This document shows positions 59,333 through 64,000 of a DNA stretch of 64,000 bases, piece by piece. How positions within the stretch are numbered: the stretch's first letter is position 1; each line of letters opens with the position of its first letter. The notes under the pieces are model-generated. The model was not told the origin of the DNA. It saw nothing but the letters and a program-made list of their open reading frames with translations, and did no database searches. This stretch comes from Nitrospinales bacterium (GTDB lineage Bacteria; Nitrospinota; Nitrospinia; Nitrospinales; VA-1). Made by a program: the position numbers and the translations under genes. The DNA lies in the NCBI GenBank assembly GCA_965223795.1, contig CBDCXL010000001.1:96001-160000 (forward strand). Direction: 5' to 3'.

Positions 59333-59989
59333 ATGATCCAGCTGTTCAACGTTTGCAAGACCTATGGCGGCGTGACTCCGGCGCTTGCGGACATCACGTT
59401 CAACGTGAAAAAAGGTTCGTTTATTTTTCTGACCGGGCCGAGCGGCGCGGGCAAAACCACGCTGCTTAAAATTCTGTTCCGTGCGGAGAGTTTCGACCGC
59501 GGGCAGGTGCTCGTTCACGGGATCAACATCGGCAAGATCAACTACCGCAATTTGTACACGCTGCGCCGGAACATCGGCGTGGTGTTTCAGGATTACAAGC
59601 TGCTGCCCAAACGCACGGTGTTCGAAAACGTCGCGTTCGCGCAGGAGATCATCGGCGCCGACCGGAAAAAAGCACGCTACAAAACCTGGGAGTCGTTGAA
59701 GAATGTCGGGCTGACGCACAAGAAGGACGCCTACCCGCCGCAGCTTTCCGGCGGCGAACAGCAGCGCGTGGCGATCGCGCGGGCGCTGGTCAATTCCCCC
59801 CGTATTCTGCTGGCGGACGAACCCACTGGAAACCTCGACCCGGAAATTTCCTCCGAAATACTCAGACTGTTCGAGCAGGCGAACAAGAAAGGTGTCACGG
59901 TCATATTCGCCACGCACGATCAGGGGATGATCCGGTCGGGAAAACACCCGGTGGTTTTTCTCAATCGCGGGAAACTGGTCACGGCCTGA
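59333..59989 (+). CDS. ftsE: Cell division ATP-binding protein FtsE
   Basis: GPSGAGKTT, LRRNIGVVFQDYKLL, LSGGEQQRVAIARA, LADEPTGNLDP. Confidence 0.95.
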   Translation: MIQLFNVCKTYGGVTPALADITFNVKKGSFIFLTGPSGAGKTTLLKILFRAESFDRGQVLVHGINIGKINYRNLYTLRRNIGVVFQDYKLLPKRTVFENVAFAQEIIGADRKKARYKTWESLKNVGLTHKKDAYPPQLSGGEQQRVAIARALVNSPRILLADEPTGNLDPEISSEILRLFEQANKKGVTVIFATHDQGMIRSGKHPVVFLNRGKLVTA

Positions 59990-60903
59990 TGCCCCTCTCT
60001 CAATTCGTTTTCAGCACCATCCGCAATACGGTCGCCAATATCCGGTCGCACCAGCAGGTTTTCTGGGTGTCCATCGTCACCATCACCATCGCGATTTCCA
60101 TACTCGGCCTGTTTCTGGTGATCTTCGTCAACCTCAATGCGTTTCTCGCCACCTGGAATCAACAGGTGCAGCTCATCGTCTATCTGGAAGACGGCGTGCC
60201 GTCCGAGGCGCGGGCGCGGCTGGAGAACCTGATCGCGGACAACGAGGATGTGGAGTCGCACACGTTCATCGCCAGCGACGATGCCTGGAACAATTTCAAG
60301 ACCACGTTTTCCGGAAAATCCGGCTTCGTGGCCAATCTCGATTTCAACCCGCTGCCCAGTTCCTATGAGGTGCGGTTCCGCGCCTCGGACGACCGGCTCG
60401 CCCGCATCCGGGATTTCGCGGAGAAACTGCAGGACCAGGAAGGCGTGGAATCGCTGGAGTATGGGGAAAAGTGGCTGGGCGCGTTCGAAAAGTTCATGGT
60501 GTTCATCCGCATTTTTCTGATGGCGGTGGGCGGACTGTTAGCAGTCGGGCTGATCCTGATCGTATCCAACACCATCAAGCTGTCGTATTACTCGCGCCAG
60601 GACGAGATCGAGCTGATGCTGCTGATCGGCGCCACCCACCGTTACATCAAGATCCCGTTTCTGCTCGAAGGCATGCTGCAGGGGTTTCTGGGGGCGGTGC
60701 TGGCGCTCAGCCTGATCAAGTCGCTGCAGCTTTATCTCAAGCTCGAGTTCCAGGGTTCGCTGGAAACCATCGCCCGCGGCGTGGATTTCCAGTTTCTCTC
60801 GCGGCCGCTGATCCTGTCGATCCTGGCGGCCAGCGTGTTCATCGGCTGGATGGGGAGCTACCTTTCCATCAAGCAGTTTTTGCACGTCGATTTAAAAAAA
60901 TGA
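59989..60903 (+). CDS. ftsX: Cell division permease FtsX
   Basis: NPLP, IVSNTIKL..RQDEIELMLLIGAT..IKIPFLLEG. Confidence 0.93.
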   Translation: MPLSQFVFSTIRNTVANIRSHQQVFWVSIVTITIAISILGLFLVIFVNLNAFLATWNQQVQLIVYLEDGVPSEARARLENLIADNEDVESHTFIASDDAWNNFKTTFSGKSGFVANLDFNPLPSSYEVRFRASDDRLARIRDFAEKLQDQEGVESLEYGEKWLGAFEKFMVFIRIFLMAVGGLLAVGLILIVSNTIKLSYYSRQDEIELMLLIGATHRYIKIPFLLEGMLQGFLGAVLALSLIKSLQLYLKLEFQGSLETIARGVDFQFLSRPLILSILAASVFIGWMGSYLSIKQFLHVDLKK

Positions 60904-62087
60904 GCCGCATTGCGTGGAAACATAAAGCCGCGTTCCTGGCGTTCGCCGGGCTGTTTCTGGTTTCGCCGCTGTCTGTTGCCGACACCGGGTTGAAGAAGAT
61001 CGAGAAACAGCTGAGCCAGGAGGAAAAGGACCTCAAGGCGCTGCAGGAAAAGATCCGCAGGCAGGATCAGGCCATTTCCCAGGCCGGGGCGCAGGAAGAC
61101 TCGGTGCTGAAAAAACTGCGTAAGATCGAAAACCAGCTCAAGCTGCGCGAGCGGGAACTCAAGATCTACCAGTGGAACAAACAGATCAACGAGAAAAAAG
61201 TCGGCCTGTTGACCAAGAATATCCAGACGACGGAAAACCAGCTCGACCAGCAGAAACGCATTCTGGCGCGGCGGCTGCGCGCCATCTATAAGGAAGGCAG
61301 CCTGTTCGCGGTGAAGGTGCTGTTTTCCGCGGACAATTTCAACGACCTGTTGCAGCGCATCAAGTACCTCGAGATCCTGACCGACCACGACACCAAGGTG
61401 TTTCACAAGTTCGAGGACCGCATGCGTCAACTGGAAAGCGAAAAACAGGCCATGGTCGAGGCGCGGGAAAAACTGGTCATGCTGGAACGCAGCGCCTTGA
61501 GCAAGCGCGAGGAAGTGCGGCAGCAGAAAGAAGAAAAATCCCGGTTCCTGAAGAAACTGAACAAGGAAAAAAATCTCAATATTCAGGTGCGCAAGGAGCT
61601 ATTGGAAGCGTCGGAAAACCTGAATACGCTGATTCACGACCTCAAGGAAAAGCTGGTGAAAGGGGAGGGGATCGATATCGCCGATCGGAAGGGCCGTCTG
61701 CCCCTGCCTCTGGAAGGCAAGTTCCTCAATAAATTCGGTAAGAAAAAGGACAAGGAATTCGACACCTATGTGTTGAACAACGGCGTGAACATCCGCGCCG
61801 CCAAGGGCACGGCGGTGCGCGCGGTGTTCGATGGGAAAGTCCTTTTTGCCAATGAGTTGGAAGGGTACGGCAATCTGATCATCGTCGGCCACGGCGAGCA
61901 GTACCACACGCTGTACGGTCATCTGGACAACATCATCACCGAGGTGGGAAAAACCGTGCGCAGCGGTCAGATCATCGCCCGTTCCGGAGACACCGGCTCG
62001 CTGGTGGGGGAAACGCTTTATTTTGAGCTGCGCCACAAAGGCAAGCCCATCGATCCGATGCGCTGGTTCAAAGTGGCGAAGCGGTAG
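60900..62087 (+). CDS. envC: EnvC-like murein hydrolase activator (coiled-coil + degenerate M23)
   Basis: Signal peptide, long coiled coil, NNGVNI..YHTLYGH..LYFELR; follows ftsEX. Confidence 0.85.
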   Translation: MSRIAWKHKAAFLAFAGLFLVSPLSVADTGLKKIEKQLSQEEKDLKALQEKIRRQDQAISQAGAQEDSVLKKLRKIENQLKLRERELKIYQWNKQINEKKVGLLTKNIQTTENQLDQQKRILARRLRAIYKEGSLFAVKVLFSADNFNDLLQRIKYLEILTDHDTKVFHKFEDRMRQLESEKQAMVEAREKLVMLERSALSKREEVRQQKEEKSRFLKKLNKEKNLNIQVRKELLEASENLNTLIHDLKEKLVKGEGIDIADRKGRLPLPLEGKFLNKFGKKKDKEFDTYVLNNGVNIRAAKGTAVRAVFDGKVLFANELEGYGNLIIVGHGEQYHTLYGHLDNIITEVGKTVRSGQIIARSGDTGSLVGETLYFELRHKGKPIDPMRWFKVAKR

Positions 62088-62169
62088 CATCATCTTTAAT
62101 GCTTCATCACCGGAATTGAGATATAATCGAAAGTTAGGAATTTAAAACACTTTTTGGGGAGAGACCGAT

Positions 62170-63642
62170 TTGACTTCCTTGAAGCCAGTACCGAGTTGTA
62201 TCGATTGTCGATTGTTTTCCAGCACCAAAGGCCTGGTGGGATGGTTGGCAGCCTTGATTGTTTTCGCTCTTGTCGCATCCGCGGGCGCGGCGGAAGATAA
62301 ATCGAAGAAAAACGACACCTACGAAAAGCTCAAGATTTTTTCGGAGATCCTGTCTCTGGTAGAAAGCAATTATGTGGAAGGCGTTGAAAGCGACGAGCTG
62401 ATCGAAGGGGCGATCAAAGGCATGGTCAAGGCCCTGGATCCCCATACCAGTTATCTCCCCCCCAAATCCTACAAGGACATGCTGGTGGACACCTCCGGCA
62501 AGTTCGGCGGCCTGGGTATCGAGATCAGCATGCGCAAAGGCGTTCTGACCGTGGTTTCTCCGATCGAGGACACGCCGGCTTTCAAGGCCGGGATCAAGGC
62601 CGGCGACAAGATCATCAAGATCGAGGACGAGTCCACCCTGGACATGACGCTGTCGGATGCGGTCAACCATCTGCGCGGCGAGACGGGCACGCCGGTCACC
62701 ATCACCATTTTCCGGGAAACCCTGGACGCGCCCAAGGAGTTCACCATCGTGCGCGACATCATCAAGGTGCGCAGCGTGGTGCACAAGCGCTACCGCGATG
62801 AGATCGGGTATGTCAAGATCCGCAGCTTTTCCAAGTCCACCAGTTCGGACCTCGACAAGGCACTGGACAAGCTGGGTCAGGAAGGGATCACCAAACTGAT
62901 CCTCGATGTGCGCAACAACCCCGGCGGGCTGCTCAACCAGGCGGTGGAAGTGACGGACCGTTTTCTGGACAAGGAAAACCTGATCGTCTACACCAAGGGC
63001 CGCAGCGAGGAACAGAACATGCGATTCACCACGCACGACAAGGTGAAGCGGGTGTCTTATCCGATGGTGATCCTGGTCAACAGCGGCAGCGCCAGCGCTT
63101 CGGAAATCGTGGCGGGGGCACTGCAGGATTTGAACCGCGCGGTGATTCTGGGCACGCCGACGTTCGGCAAGGGCTCGGTGCAGACCATCATCCCGCTGAG
63201 CGACGGTTCGGCGCTGCGGTTGACCACCGCGCGTTATTATACGCCCAGCGGACGGGTCATTCAGGAGAACGGCATCGAACCGGACATCATCGTGGAGATG
63301 CCGCTTGAACGGGAGGATGACGAAGAAGCGGACAAGGATAAAAAGGACAGCAAGGAAAAAGAAAGGCTGCGCCGCTTTCTGCGCGAGAAGGATCTGAAAA
63401 AACACCTGAAGGGAAAAAGCAGCATCGAAGAAGGTGAGGAAGACGAAAGCGCCAATGAAGTCGACTCTCCGGACGAAGATGAGGAGCAGGAAGCCGAAGC
63501 GGACGCCAACGAGGAAGATCTGCTGAAAGACGCCCAGCTCATGCACGCGGTCTCTCTGCTTGCCGGATGGGACGTCATGAAGAAAATGATGAAAACCACG
63601 GACAAGCCGCAGGTGGGAAATCAGGTCAGCCTGATCAAATGA
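62170..63642 (+). CDS. ctpA: S41 carboxyl-terminal processing protease (start uncertain)
   Basis: LDPHT, FGGLGI PDZ, DVRNNPGG, SASASEI, TFGKGSVQ. Confidence 0.92.
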   Translation: MTSLKPVPSCIDCRLFSSTKGLVGWLAALIVFALVASAGAAEDKSKKNDTYEKLKIFSEILSLVESNYVEGVESDELIEGAIKGMVKALDPHTSYLPPKSYKDMLVDTSGKFGGLGIEISMRKGVLTVVSPIEDTPAFKAGIKAGDKIIKIEDESTLDMTLSDAVNHLRGETGTPVTITIFRETLDAPKEFTIVRDIIKVRSVVHKRYRDEIGYVKIRSFSKSTSSDLDKALDKLGQEGITKLILDVRNNPGGLLNQAVEVTDRFLDKENLIVYTKGRSEEQNMRFTTHDKVKRVSYPMVILVNSGSASASEIVAGALQDLNRAVILGTPTFGKGSVQTIIPLSDGSALRLTTARYYTPSGRVIQENGIEPDIIVEMPLEREDDEEADKDKKDSKEKERLRRFLREKDLKKHLKGKSSIEEGEEDESANEVDSPDEDEEQEAEADANEEDLLKDAQLMHAVSLLAGWDVMKKMMKTTDKPQVGNQVSLIK

Positions 63643-63683
63643 CCCGCGCGGAGTGTCTCCATTTGTAATTTGTTTGAAGTGAA

Positions 63684-64000
63684 ATGCTCGTTTTAGGGAT
63701 TGAAACATCCTGCGATGAAACCGCGGCGGCCGTTCTCAAGGACGGCCGCCGTCTTCTTTCCAACGTCATCTTCGACCAGACGGACATCCACAGCCGTTTC
63801 GGCGGGGTGGTGCCGGAACTGGCCGGACGTTCCCACATCGACCGTATCCATCACGTCATCGACAAGGCTCTCAGCGATGCCGGGGTCGAAGCCCACGACA
63901 TCGACCTGATCGCCGCGACCCGGGGGCCGGGGCTCGTCGGCTCGCTGCTGGTGGGGCTCAATGCCGCCAAAGGGCTCGCCTACGGGCTCAAAAAACCGCT
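63684..64000 (+). CDS. tsaD: tRNA N6-threonylcarbamoyltransferase TsaD (truncated by window end)
   Basis: [42 protein letters not shown]. Confidence 0.95.
   Translation, partial: MLVLGIETSCDETAAAVLKDGRRLLSNVIFDQTDIHSRFGGVVPELAGRSHIDRIHHVIDKALSDAGVEAHDIDLIAATRGPGLVGSLLVGLNAAKGLAYGLKKP

Overview
A mostly GC-rich bacterial chromosome segment. The gene content (split-cytochrome-b bc complex with an octaheme cytochrome c, SmbP-like protein, several FGE-sulfatase-domain proteins) suggests a Nitrospina/Nitrospinota-like nitrite oxidiser; this is inference, not a database result. The core backbone includes mfd-PPIase-PPIase-tilS-ftsH-folP-pdxJ, gap-tpiA-secG-tRNA-Leu, metF, pgk, rne/rng, ftsEX-envC-ctpA-tsaD and aguBA. 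The most notable accessory locus is a three-gene minus-strand operon at 40.5-43.1 kb. It encodes a small Asn-rich secreted protein, a CsgG/HfaB-family lipoprotein and a secreted protein with eight ~47-aa beta-repeats, which mirrors the Caulobacter hfaA-hfaB-hfaD holdfast anchor and curli-type secretion systems. An SLT-LysM/FimV-like protein and a large CgeB/GT9 glycosylation cluster lie nearby. Other points of interest: a GAF-containing sigma54 activator divergent from a sigma54+IHF promoter driving flgB-fliE with no flgC; a flavoprotein disulfide-reductase homologue lacking its redox cysteines just upstream of the bc complex; a duplicated promoter flanking a lipoprotein gene; an atypical long Pgk; a candidate small RNA upstream of gap; and short repeats. 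No CRISPR array, rRNA or transposase was seen.
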